Shown piece by piece: positions 25,353 through 38,460 of a stretch of 64,000 nucleotides of DNA. Every line of letters begins with the position of its first letter. Position 1 is the stretch's first letter. The DNA comes from Camelus dromedarius (Eukaryota): assembly GCF_036321535.1 (NCBI RefSeq), contig NC_087447.1:45324001-45388000 (forward strand), given 5' to 3'. Below the pieces are notes generated by a model. It was not told the DNA's origin, did no database searches, and was given only the letters and a program-made list of their open reading frames with translations. Position numbers and translations under genes: made by a program.

Positions 25353-26280
25353 TTATGCTCTAGAATGAGGCAGAGAAAAGAAGCGAATTATACCACTCTG
25401 GATCTGCTTGGTTTTAATGCTATAGATGACAGGGTTCATGAAAGGGGGAAAAAGGAAGTAGACATAGCTCATCGTGATGTGGACCACATGAGGAGCATGT
25501 CTTCCAAACCTATGGATGAATGTCAGACCAACCACAGTGACATAGAAAACCAGGATGCAGCAGATGTGGGAGACACATGTGTTGAGGGCTTTGGCCCTTT
25601 CTCCAGAAGTGATGCTCATGACAGTCTTGAGGATCAAAGTGTAGGAGAAAAAGATGATGAGGAAGTCCAACAAGACCATTGCAAATACAACCACAACTGG
25701 ATAGAGACGATTGAAAGTAATATTAGCACAGGCTAACTTGATGACATCCTGGTGTAGACAGAAAGCATGGGAGAGTACCCGGGATCGACAATAGGGAAAC
25801 CAGGGAAGGCAAAGAATTATTGGCATAATTGACAGACCGGCCCTTGTCAATACCCCCATCCCAATCTTTATTACCTTGGTGTTGGTAAGGATTGAAGAAT
25901 ATCTCAAGGGGTTGCAGATGGCAATAAAACGGTCATAGGCCATGGCAAGCAAAATACCAGATCCTGCTATAGAAAGAGTATGAATAAAGTAGGCCTGAAA
26001 GAAGCAGGCCAATCTCCCTGTGATTCAACCACAGGACCCCCAGAACTGTGGGCATCGTGGTCAATGTCACTCCAAGGTCAGTGGCTGCCAACATAGCTAA
26101 GAAATAGTACATGGGCTCATGGAGGTTATAATTATTCCTGATGAGAAAGAGAAGGGTGCCATCACCAAGAAGTATGGAGATGTAAACCACCAATAATGGG
26201 ATGGAGATCCAGTGATGTGCCTTCTCCATGCCTGGGAAACCAGTCAGGAGAAATGGGGAAGCAGTGGTGTTGAGCCACAT
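25353..26280 (-). pseudogene. OR51B6: OR51B6-like olfactory receptor pseudogene (single frameshift)
   Basis: ORFs 25933..26280 and 25353..26012 join into a full OR if 8 bp are restored at ~26009. [11 protein letters not shown] and C-terminal SLPHSRA match recalled human OR51B6. Confidence 0.88.
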
Positions 26281-29200
26281 TGCAGGCCTTGCAGAGAGGA
26301 AAATATTCCCTTCAGGTCATGCAATAGGGTCTCTAGTCCTGTAGAAGTTGCTTCTGAGTGTGCTACCTGTTCATAAGATGTTTATCAGTCTTGACTTCCA
26401 GTGACAGCAAAGATGGTAATTTAGTCATTCCCTGGAGATTTCTTGGCACGGGAGAATACAATGTATATGGAAAAACTCAATGTATTATTCCGAGTTGATT
26501 ATATATAAGGCTTTGAACAATATATACTAGGGACACAACAATATATGCAGAATAGACCTGGTTGATGTTCTTAGAAATTATATAACCAAAAAAAAAAAAA
26601 AGACAAAATCAACAAAGAAAGCACTATATTTGAATAGCACCCTATTAACACGGCAACTTACAGGGTGTTTTTCATGGTGCTCCTTATCTTGACTGCTGAT
26701 ATCGAGGGCAGATGTAAAGGTTTCCCAGCAAGTATGAAACCTAAAAGATCAATGGAAAATTGATTCTAAGCTGTGTTGGAAGAGCAAGTATGAACATCCT
26801 ACGGCAAAACAAAGAAACAGTTAATAAATAAATAAGCAAATAAATAAAATAAAATAGACAGTTGATTTGAGGGAATAACTAATATTAACTCAGTATGCCT
26901 GGGGGGAAAATTCAGTTGATAAACCTCTGGAGACTTTGGGGAAACTACAAAAAATGGTAAGAGTTCATTATAGGTGTTCATCTCCAAAACACATACACCT
27001 GGAAATCCATGTTGCCTAGCATCTGAATACCTTAGCTACTGATGTGCTGTGTCTCAAAGAATTCAAAATTTCATAATATGGATTCGAAACTTTTCCTTAA
27101 AAGGTAGATTTTATGATTAACATTTGAGAGCACTAGTTTTCAACAGTACAACACAAACTACTGTTGGCATATCACCTATTTGGAGATATAAGGATAGAAA
27201 TTGGTTATTTAGGAAAGTTCAAGGAGAATATTTTTTGAAAGCTGCAGAGTCTGATGAGATTTAACAAAAGTGAGAAGTCTCTGTGACATTCAAACGTTAA
27301 GGTATCATCTAGTGCCGGCAGCCAATCTCTAGGAGCATAAAAATTGTGCCTTGGTGGCATCAGCCGAAGAGAAATGGGGCCACTTTCTATTACGGTTTGT
27401 ATGGACTATCCATCTCACATGCTTTGAAAAGAATATCTTGGTGTGAATTTAATGCATGACTCCTAGGACCCTTTTCCACTACAAGAAAAAAAAAAATGTC
27501 TGCAAGATTACTGGGCCTTCATCTTCAGAAGAATTTTGTTCAAATGCCAGCTCTGCTACTTAGTAACAACAATGATACTGGGGAAGTCACTTAACCGTGG
27601 GCTTTGGTTTTATTATATTTAAATGGTACTAGTATTTGCCTTGGCCAGTCATGCTCTTCACACAGGGTGTGAGAATAGAATGGCGTTTCCAACAGGAAAG
27701 TGTTTTGCAAGGGTTAAATTATTCTTCACTTTCCAAGTTTTGTTACTATTACTGAGAAGAGACTCCTTTCTCTCTGTCTGGTGGGTATACACCAGTGTTA
27801 TTCATTCACCCTGAGATGTGTCAGGTGTTCTTAAGAAGCCTGGAGAACAGGTATCAGATGATGGGGTTTTGAGGAGGCTGGATTTGATTGTCACTGGAAG
27901 TATTAAACTAGAGGTCATCTGCGCAGCGGATAAAAGATAATGTGTCTGAGTGAAAAGGAAAAAGAGATGAGGAGCATTGTGAGTGAGGGTGGGCATTTCT
28001 GATGGTAAATAAGTACAACATCAAGCCAGGAGCACTAGGACCAGAGTAGGTTGAGGGAAAAGCGACTCTGTCTTCAGTCGGGCAAGAAGAGGAGGAAAAA
28101 CCTGACTTCTACCAGTAAGTGAAAGGCTCAGAAAATACTCATGCAATGTTAGAGAAGCAGGAGTGGGGGAGGGAAGCAGACAGGGAAGACAGAGTTGAAA
28201 AGGAAATATAAGGAACAAATAATTGTTGAGTTTCCATTATGTGTCAGGACACTAGGACATTACACATGCCTCAGTCTTTAGTAGAATCCTTACAATAGCC
28301 TTTTCCTTCCATTCTATAGAGTTATACTGTATACGTCTAAGGTGATACACTAAGCAAATGACAGAGTCCTTTGTATGCACTGTAGGTTAGAAAGACTCCA
28401 GGAATGGGCGAAATCTCTGTAGCATTTAGGAGTACAACCAAGCCTGTTGCTTTTCTTTCTGGTTTCATACTGAAAAACTGAGCGTTTGTACTTGATTTGC
28501 TCAGAGCTGTTTTCTGTGGTACATGAGATTATCTGTGGGTTCTGCAGGGGTTAAAAATCATAGACCTTTGTCTCATCCCTGCAGCCACCCAACATTTCCC
28601 AAGGCTCTGACTTAAAGGGGACTTGGGTTTTCATTAATCAGAAGCTAATTCTCAAGGTCTCAAACCGTGTCACATAAACTGTGGACCCCATGCAGACCCC
28701 AGAGATTCAGCTCACACTTTTACGCTTCATGTGTTTCCTCACCTTCTCCTGGGCTCCTTGTCTTCACTTTTCTTGACAATTCCTTTTCTATCTCAATTAC
28801 TTAATCCATTTCTCCATTTTTAAAAAAATCTCCTAACTTTTGTCCCTTGTCATTCCTTTCTAAATAGTTTAAATACGCAATCCATTCTTCTGTTTATTCT
28901 ACCTGTAGGATTTCCCATGGTTGTATTTTTAATAATGGTAATATCCTTAACACAATGCCTAGCACATAAATTTGTGTTCTTTTAAAGTCACTAAATGATC
29001 AATTTCCCTGCACATGCAAATTGATTCTCTGACCACCTTACATTCCTGATTTTAAGCAGATTCTCAATTCATCAAAGCATATAGATTGATTGACATGCCC
29101 TACAAGCGGTTAATTGATTCAATACATAGCTGTGTCCTCAGGACCTGGAAATTCCTTCAGGGTTGTTATAAGGGATATGGAAAGAAAAGTCCTACCCTAT

Positions 29201-31484
29201 TTTCAATTTAGGTGGTATTGAATGACGATTGCACACTGGGTACTTTTCCAGGTGCTGAAGATACACAACTATGTCCATCACTGTCCTTGATTTAAAGGCA
29301 CATACAGCCTAGGCTCCATCCAAGATTCACTGATTTGGCTTATCAGTCTTGGCTGACAGTCAAATAGTGACTTCTCACCACAAAGTGTTTGAATCTCTGA
29401 TGATTACAGAGCTACCCCTCCTCACACTTTTGGAAGAGATTCTATCTTCTGAGCTTACCTGGACTTCTGGAGGAAAAAAAAAGTCACACAGGAAATCACA
29501 GGGTTAGAAAGGAGGCCAAAGAGGTTGAAAGTTTAGACATGAAGAGAGCAAGTAGGACTGTATCATTTACCCCTGAGCCTACACCTGCTATCTGGTTTGC
29601 TCCCATAACTCTTCTTCGCCTCATGTGTTCCAGATCTATCTTTGGCCTTATTTTATACATTTGAGGAGGTAATCCTTAAAGATGCCAGGTTTTAGAGATG
29701 TCTGAGAGTCTTAAGGACCCAAGCCCACTCTCCACGTACTCTTGATATATAATACCATCACTTTTTTTTTTGCTGAGAAACCAGATCCTTTTGCTGCCCT
29801 CTCTACCCTTGTGCCTGCAGTGAGACCTCAGTGAGAAGATTCATCAGATACTCTAACTGACCTGAATTTTGGTTCTTTTCCATTCTTCACTGCCATAGTC
29901 ATGAATCTGGAATTCTTAGCCTTATCAAGGATTTAGTCAAAACACCGTTCTTTTCATCATCTTCACAAAAGCCTGGCTGGTGGGAACATTTATTTTAGAA
30001 GCTCCTCTCCAGGTTTTATTCCTCATTTTGGTCACTCATTGTCACTTCCTTTCTGTCCTCTCTCTCTCTCCTCTTTTGTGTGTCTCTTCTTCTAAGTCTT
30101 CTTCATCCTTATTTGCACCCTCAGCTTTGGAGATCTGGGGCTTTGAACAGCAGTCCCCAAGGTCTCTGTCCCAGCTTTTACTTAAGCCCTGCTGCTAGGA
30201 GAGTGATTAGTTATTTATACCTATTATCACATGGAAAAAATAAAGTGGACTAGTTAAGGATCTGGAATGAAACAAAATCCTTAAGGGAGCTGCTTGGGAG
30301 AACTCCCATACCCTGTCTATAAAGTGAGGAATGTATGTGAATTAGAGGAGAGCAGGGTATTGGTTCTGGTGAAGTAAAAGAGATCCCCCCACCCCATTCT
30401 CTTTCCCCTAAGCTAGTCTGGCTTCAGGCAATGGGAGCTCGGGGCCCGGTCTCATGGGAAGGAGCTCCCCTTTCCAGTCCCTAATTTCCCCTTATCTCTC
30501 TGTCTGTATCCTCCATACCCATCTTCTCTATAAGGAGACAGAGTAGGGCGAGAATCATTTTCAGTCAGGTCATCAGTAAGACATGGAGGACAGGAATCCC
30601 AATGCCCATTGTCTGGAAGCCAGAGGTCTTACTGTCTTCCCGTAGAAAAGCAGCAACACAGTAGACCATTAATGACTTAGACCATTAACGCAGGAACTTG
30701 AGCATTTTGTTTACACTATGATTGTGGCTCTTGCTATGCCACTTTGGACAAGTGATTTAACGTCATTGTTCTTGTGTTCCTCATCCATAAAATACATGCA
30801 ATGATAATTACCACTGCATAAAGTTTTTGTGAGGTTTAAATACTAATTACTAAGAATAGTACTCAATATGTAATAAGGACTCAATTGATGTCAGCCATTA
30901 TTACCTCAGTCATAATTAATCACACTTATTTTAATTATTTGTATTTTGGACCATCTTTCCCTACTGAAGAATGAACTGTTTGAGAAACAGACTTCACCTT
31001 TCACAATTTAATGACACATAGAATCAATGTCATCTTTTCTAATTTCTGCTCCTGGAGGTAGATGATGTCACAGGCAATTTAACAATGTGTCCCTGATTCA
31101 TGGAGAGGAACTTTCATTTCCAGATTAAAACTACTAACTCACGAACACCATTCTATTTACTAAAAAAACTTTTAAAAAATCTACATTAGATTTTAGTCAT
31201 AGATCTATAGAGGATATAGAAATAAACACACAGATGTATTCCTTTTTCAATTAAGCAATTAATGAGACTCAATTAATTTAATTACCCATTGTTTTTTATG
31301 TATTTAATTATTGAGACTGTGAGGAAGAAAACAGAATTGAGAAAATGTATTGTAGATAAACCTAAACCGGCAATTGGGAAAAGCTTCAATGAACAAATTT
31401 TTTAAATAAAAAGATTATTAAAGTTAATTTACATAAAGAAATATGAATGAATTATAAAGGTCTAGCTCAATGAATGTCATTTTT

Positions 31485-33180
31485 TAAAAATTGAAGTACA
31501 GTTGATTTACAACATTACAGTAGCTTCAAGTGTACAACATGGTGATTCAATATTTTTATAGATTATACTCCACTTAAATTTATTATAAGATATTGGCTCC
31601 ATTCCCTGTGTTGTACATTATATCCCTGTATCTTACCTATTTTATGCCTAGTAGTTCATACCTCTTAATCTCTTTCCCCTATTTTGTCCCTCCTCCTTTC
31701 CCTCTCCCCACTGGTAACCACTATTTTGTTCTCTGTATTTATGAGCCTGTCTTTGCTTTATTATGTTCATTTGTTTGTCTTATTTTTTAGATTTCACATA
31801 TACATGAAAACATACAGTATTTGTCTTTTTCTGTCTGACTTATGTCACTAAGCATAATAACCCTCCAGGTCCATCTATATCATTGCAAATGGCAAAATTT
31901 TGTTCTTTTTTATGGCCTGAATAATATTCCATTGTGTGTGTGTGTATATATATATACACACACACACATATACCACATCTTCTTTATCCATTCCTCCGTA
32001 GATGGACACTTAAGTTGCTTTTATATCTTGGCTATTATAAATAATGCTGCTATGAACATTGGAGTGCATATTTTTTTTCAATTAATGTTTTCATTTTCTT
32101 AGGATATATAACCATGAGTGGAACTGCTGGATCACAGGGCAGTTCTATTTTTAATTTTTTGAGGAAACTCCAGATTGTTTTCAATAGTAGTTACACCAAT
32201 TTAAATTCCCACCAACAGTGTACTAGGATTTCCTTTACTCTCCACACTCTGGCAAACATTTATTTGTTTGGAGCAGAAGCCCTGAGGGAGTTGGCTTTCC
32301 AGAGTGTGACAGCAGTCTTCCCCTTGGCCTGGGCTGTGGCCAGGCAGCCTTGGGTGCAGCTTATCCTGGTTTCACTTTTCCCCACTGTGTATACCTTGCT
32401 TAGAGGCTGCACGGGAGCCAGAGGGGCTGATACCACACTACTCATCTGGCTTCGCTCCCTCCCAAGTTTGTGCAGGCATGCCAGCTTTGGCAACGGTGGC
32501 AACGGTGGTCTCTGCCCTGGAGCTAGTTTTGCTCCCTCTCTAGGGGCATTGGCTGCCTCTTCTCTGGTTAGAGGCAGGGCTGGGGTCCAAGCTGGCTCCA
32601 TTCCCTCCAAGTGTGGGCACTCTTGTTGGCAACAGCAGTCTCTGCCTTAGTTGGGGCGTAGCCCGGGAGCAAGGGGTTAGCACAGGCAGGGGTCATGCTG
32701 GGGCAGTTCTGGCAAGTAGGTCAGAGCCCCAGGCAGTTTTTAATCTATGACTGGGAGTAAACAAATCTGTAAATGTGCTCTTAAAGAGTGGAGTCTTGGT
32801 TCTTACAGCCATCTCGTAAGTCCCACTGGTTTTCAAACCAGCTAAGGGGGCTCATCTTCCCAGTGCCAAACCCGAAAGGTGGGACGCCTAATATGTGCTC
32901 AAGCCTCTTGCTCCCTAGACAGGATCCCCCAGCCTGTGATATTATTCTCCTCTTCTCTGTCCCCTGCTAAGGTTGTGGGTCCCAACCAGGTTGCTTCTCC
33001 TCCTCTCCTACTAGACTCTTGTGTAGATCTTTCTTTCTAGTCTTGTTTGTGGAAGAGCCATCCTGCTAATCCCCAGGTTGATTTCAGTGAGAGTAGTTCT
33101 ATATGCAGTTGTATTTTTGATGTGCTTGTGAAGGGAGGCAAGCCCAGCGTCCTCCTACTTCACCATCTTGATCTCCCTCC
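31485..33180 (-). mobile_element. L1MA-type element: 5'UTR-like segment joined directly to ORF2 3' end and 3'UTR
   Basis: 31485-32270 is an L1 3'UTR plus ORF2 tail. 32270-33180 is GC-rich and ends in ...CTACTTCACCATCTTG, the typical reverse complement of an L1 5' terminus. Confidence 0.7.
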
Positions 33181-33544
33181 TCCAGTGATAACATCATGCA
33201 TAACTACAAAAAAAAAAAAAAAAAAAAAAAAGCAAAACCAGCAAGCTGACATTGGTAGAATCCACAGAGATTATCTACATTTTAATAGTTTTACATGCTC
33301 TCATTTGTGTGTATACGGGTATAGTTTTATGGAATTTTACCACATGTGTAGATTCACATAAATACCATTGCAGTCAAGATGCAAAACTGATCCATCCCCA
33401 CAAGGCTAAACTCATGCAACTCCTTCATAGACATGCCTACCTTTCTTCCTTTCTACCCTCCCCTCATCCGTAACCTCTGGCATCTACTATCAACCTATCA
33501 ACAAGTAGTTGCCGTAACCTCTGGCAACTACTGTCTTCCATATC

Positions 33545-34560
33545 AAAAAATCTAGACATTTTTCCAAAGAAGACATACAAATGGCCAACCGGTGTCTGAA
33601 AAGATGCTTAACATCTCTAGTCATCAGGGAAATATAAGCCAAAACTACAGTGAGGCATCACCTCACACTTGTTAGGATGTCTATTATGAAAAAAGACAAA
33701 AGAAAACAAACTTTGGTAGGGATATGAAGAAAAGAGAACTTTAGTGAACTTTTGGTGGGAATGTGAATTGGTGCAACCATTATGGAAAACACTATGGAGG
33801 TTTCTGAAAAATTAAAAATAGGACTACCATATGATCCAACAATCCAACTTCTGGGTATACACCTGAAGGAAATAAAATCATTATCTCAAAGAGATCTCTG
33901 TACACTCACTCTCATTGCCGCATCATACTCCATAGCCAGGACATGATAAACAACAACCTTCATCAATGGTTGAAGCAATTAAAATAATATACATCACATT
34001 TTTATTTACCATATATTACACATATATATTTATATATACATATACACACACCCTACATACAATTCAGCCATAAAAAAGAAGGAAATCTTGCCCTTTGCAG
34101 CAACATAGATGAAACTTGAGGACATTATGTTAAGTGAAATAAGTCAAATAGAGAAAAACAAATATTGCATGATTTCATTTACATGTGCAATTTTAAAAAG
34201 CCAAACCCATAGAAATAGAGTAGAACAGTGGTTGCCAGGGGCTCGAAGTTGGGAGAAATGGGTGGATGTTTCTCGGAGGGCACAAGCTTGCACGTGTAAG
34301 ATAAGTAAGTCCTAGGGATCCAATGTACAGCATGGTGACTACAGTCAACAATACTTTATTATGTACTTGAAAGTTGCTAAAAGAGTAGTTTTTAAAGGTT
34401 CTCAACACACACACACAAATACTAATGATGTGACATGAAGGAGGTGTTAACTAGCCTTATTGTGGTAATCATTTCACAATATATACATGCGTATATCAAA
34501 TCGGCACAGTGTTCACCATAAACTTAACATATGTCAAGTATATCTCAAAAATGGGAAAAG
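33545..34560 (+). mobile_element. LINE-1 ORF2 3' end and 3'UTR (L1MA-like)
   Basis: TCCAAAGAAGACATACAAATGGCCAAC...; translated MKLEDIMLSEISQIEKNKYCMIS. Confidence 0.9.
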
Positions 34561-34589
34561 TTAAAACCTATAAACCTAAAGACAATTAA

Positions 34590-35070
34590 AGATAATCAAT
34601 TGGGTATGTTTATGTGAGTCTATTTCTGGTTTCTCTCTTCTGTTTCATCAGTCTGTGCGCCTGCCTGTCCACCAATACCACACAGTCTTGATAACTACAG
34701 CTATATAATAAACCTTAACTTTGAACAGAGTTATTCTTCTCATTTTATTATTTTTCAAAACTATTTTAACCATTTAAATCCTTTGTCTTCCCATATAAAT
34801 TTTAGAATAAGCCTCTCTGTATCTTTGAAAATATTTGTTGGGAGTTTAGCAAAAATTACATTAAACCTACAGCTCAGTTTGAAAAAAAATTGACATCTTT
34901 CTATACTAAGTCTTCTGATTCACAAACATAGTATGTCTCTCCACTTACTCAGGTTATCTTTGGTACTGCTCTTCATTATGTTGTAATTTTTAGCATCTAC
35001 TCCTGCTCATTTTTTTATTAAGCTTACGCCTAACTATGCATTCAGTATTAGAGAGGTTGTATACCTTAGC
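34590..35070 (-). mobile_element. Old LINE-1 ORF2 fragment
   Basis: ACCAATACCACACAGTCTTGAT...CCATATAAATTTTAGAATAAGC antisense L1 motifs. Confidence 0.7.
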
Positions 35071-35084
35071 TTGTTCTGTTTACT

Positions 35085-35501
35085 TTGCTAGGGCATTGAT
35101 TTGCTAGGGCTGCCATAACAAAGTGCCACTGACTGCACGGCTGTAACAACAGAAATTTATTTTCTCATGGTTCTGGAAGCTGAAAATTCAGGTTCAAGGT
35201 GGCAACAGTGTTGGTTTCTTTTGAAGCCTCCCTCTTTGTCTTGTAGATGGCCGTCTTCTTCCAATGTTTTCACATTTTTTTTTTTTCTGTGTATACTAGT
35301 GTCTTTCCATGTGCTCAGATTTTCTCTTCTTATAAGGACACTGGTCAGGTTCGATTACAACTGACTCTAACAGCCTCATTTTAACTTAATCACCTCCTTA
35401 AAGGTGATATCTCCAAATACAGTTACATTCTAAGGTACTGAAGGATAGGACTTTAATATATGATTTTTTTTTTTAGGGGTCGGCACAATTCAATCCATAA
35501 C
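35085..35501. mobile_element. MaLR LTR (MLT1-like)
   Basis: TAGGGCTGCCATAACAAAG...CAACAGAAATTTATT...CAAATACAGTTACATTCT...CACAATTCAATCCATAACA. Confidence 0.85.
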
Positions 35502-37599
35502 AGCTAGTAACCGATTGATGGTTCCAGCAGGAATCATCTGGGCCTCTGACTTGCATTAACCATTACTTTAGTCCTAACAAAGCTTGACTGGAACTGAAAT
35601 TTTCTTCAAGAACGGGAAATTTGTTATTCTGGTAACATATATTTATTTTCCCTTAAAACTGGTAAAAGGCAGGATGGTTTCTATAAGAGTTGAGGGGAAA
35701 ATCACAAATACTATCCCTAGGTCTAGAGTGATGGGATACGCTTGGCTGAAACACTGTGCTATAATTACGTTCACTGCATTTCTAAGAAAAGAGAAAAATT
35801 CTGGCAAGATAAACAATAAAGGAATGGCGAGAACTGTAGATTTTTGGGTTCATGTGGGTTCTAGGAGAAGCTGCCTGGCTTTTACCATATTGACTTTAAT
35901 CCATCTAACTTTCCAATCTCAAGCTAGCTCTGAGATAAATCAGCAGAAAATATAATTAATATTCAAAAGACCAGCCAGGAAGATGCTTAAGTTTCCTCCA
36001 GGAAACAACCTGGAAAAACTGAATTTTCAAGTAGATGTGGAGGGATACATGGCCTCCCACAGGTGATACCAGAGTCTGCTGGGGCCAAAAAGACAAGCTT
36101 TCTGACTTCTCACACATAAAGCCACCACCTGAGGCTCTGTTAGCATCACACCTTATTTGGAGAAAATGCTCTAAGACCTTGGGGAGGTCAATTTAGTATT
36201 CCATCTCCTTCACAGGAGTGGCTAAGATAGAGAAGATGTTTCTTAAGATCCCAACTGGCTGGAAAAGGAAGAACTCTAGGGAGATGCTTTCTTTATTAAT
36301 AACCTCACTGACTGGGTCTCTTAGCAGTCTTTGAGAAGCAGTCAAAACCTTACTCCTCATTCTTAACAACAAGCTATGATGCATGTGAGTGGGGAAACAC
36401 CCAGGAGATGCAAAATGAGGGTATCAGGAGACTCCTCTCTAAGCTGACTGGAGAGATGACAAGGGGCAGAAGGGAAGGGTATCTATAGCTCACAATTCTC
36501 AATGAGGGCACAGATCTCAGACTGAAGTTGGTAGCACTTGGGAAGAATTTTGGTCATGAGTATCTAGGACCTGCCCTGCCTTGTGGTATAAATATGGTTG
36601 ACCTTCCTATATGTCTCCTATCCTTTCTAGGAGGTAAATACAGAGGCACCTCTTATTCTACCAGACTTTTAAAATGATACAGAGAAGGGTTGTGGGTGTG
36701 AATGGCATTAGGTTACCTAAATTTTGGCATACTCAACTAGAGAGTCTTCCTGTTCTATCCTCAACCTTAGGAACCTCTTTCCTTCCCTATAGTCTTTCCT
36801 CAGCTTTTGTCTCTTCCCTCAAGGTTCTTCTTTTCAGAAACCTAGAGAAGCTCCCATTAAAGGCATGAGAATTTCCTACAGCATGAAGTACAATATAGAT
36901 CTGCATGCATTTCTTGGGAATAGAGAAGAGGAAACTGATTTGAAGGTTGTGGGCAAAATAGAATTGATCCCTCCACTAGTTCACTACTTGTGCTACATAT
37001 TCTTTTACAAGAGGGGATTGTTACCAAATTGCAGTAAGAGATTCGGCTAAAGAATATCATTGCTGAAGGGCCAGAGAAATAAAGGGAATGAAGCTGTACT
37101 AAGAACACACAAGAGGAGCAGTGATGTGGGATTATCTTTGCATCTAGTGACTGAAGAATAAACATCTCTTATTATAGTCTCAATAAATTCTGGTTTGTCT
37201 CTCACTCCTGGGAACAGAGTAGGGAGAACGACAAGTGATTTTATCGATTTTCCATCCCTTAGGGTCAAGCCAAAAGGGTTGAATTATTGTCTTATGCCCA
37301 GTTGTCTGGCACCTCTTCACTGCTGGGAACCAGCTAGATCTCACTGGTACAGGTACAAGGTAAGATGGTTTTCTCTGAGAGCATCTCAAGAGTGGTGACT
37401 TACACTGACAAAATAACTTCAAAAAAGCATGTCTGAATGAGAATATATTTTTTTAATTTGAGAGGAAAAAACAGAACAGCTTGAAGAAACTGTTTCAGTA
37501 TGTGACAGGCCAAAAAGCAGGACATGCATTTGCTCTAATTCAGTCATTTACTGATGACTCTTGACTTTTTCACAAGTAAATATACACCTCCCTCACACT

Positions 37600-38460
37600 A
37601 ACCCTTTTGAGTAAAAGACTTTTCCATTCTCCCATTTATTCAAGCTAGAAATCTAGACTCAGTCTCATTTCAGTTTTTCCTCATTCCCATTTTTAACATA
37701 TCAGCAAGTACTGATACTACCTGAAAAATGCATCCTTATCTGTGGTTAAGTTTCTTTTTTTTTTTTTTTTTTTTTTTCATTTCCACTGCTGCTGTTCTCA
37801 TTAGTCACCATCACTCCTCATCTGGATTATTTCAATAGATTTCTAACTCCTTTCTTTTCTTTTATCTTTCTTGATTATCCATTCTTTACATCATAGTCCA
37901 AGTGATAATTTAAAATGCAAATCAGAATATGTCACCATCCCCTCCTCCACTGAGTTTTTAGAACTCTTCAGTGTTTTTTCCATCACATTTGTAGTAAAAA
38001 CAAAATTCCTATTGTTGTCCTTAAGATCATTTGATAACTGACTGGCTGCTTGAGTTTCTGATGTTACCTGTTATCCCTCTTCTATTTGCTCACCAAGCTC
38101 CAGGCATACTAATTTTCCCCTCTCAGTAGGACAGTCTTCCTCTAGATCATCATATGGCCAGCTCTTCCTTGTTATTATTGAGGTATCAGCTCAGAGTAAC
38201 CTCCTCAGAAATGCACACTCAGGTCACCCAAGATACTACACTAACCTAGATGCAGTTCTGTCCCCATCAATGTATTAAATAGTGCTGCTTTATTTTAAAA
38301 TTGCACTTCTATGGATCTAAATTTTTCTTATTTATATTTAACCTAATTTATTATTTATGAGACCAGAGACTTTGTCTTATTATCATTTAATTCCAGTGCT
38401 TAAAATATCATGCCTATCACATATTGGGTGTTCAAAAAGTATTGGGTGAATTAATGTATA
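37600..38460. mobile_element. LINE-2 remnant
   Basis: Degenerate L2 motifs (CATCTGGATTATTTCAATAG, CAGCTCAGAGTAACCTCCTCAGA, TGCCTATCACATATTGGGTGTTCAAAAAGTA). Confidence 0.6.

Noticed and set aside
25281..25736. ORFs antisense to OR genes (also 18811-19206, 39503-39958, 40124-40462, 50917-51177)
   Set aside because: Shadow ORFs; their mutual similarity just mirrors OR paralogy
32114..32650. 178-aa ORF on plus
   Set aside because: Antisense across the L1 junction; no protein family signal
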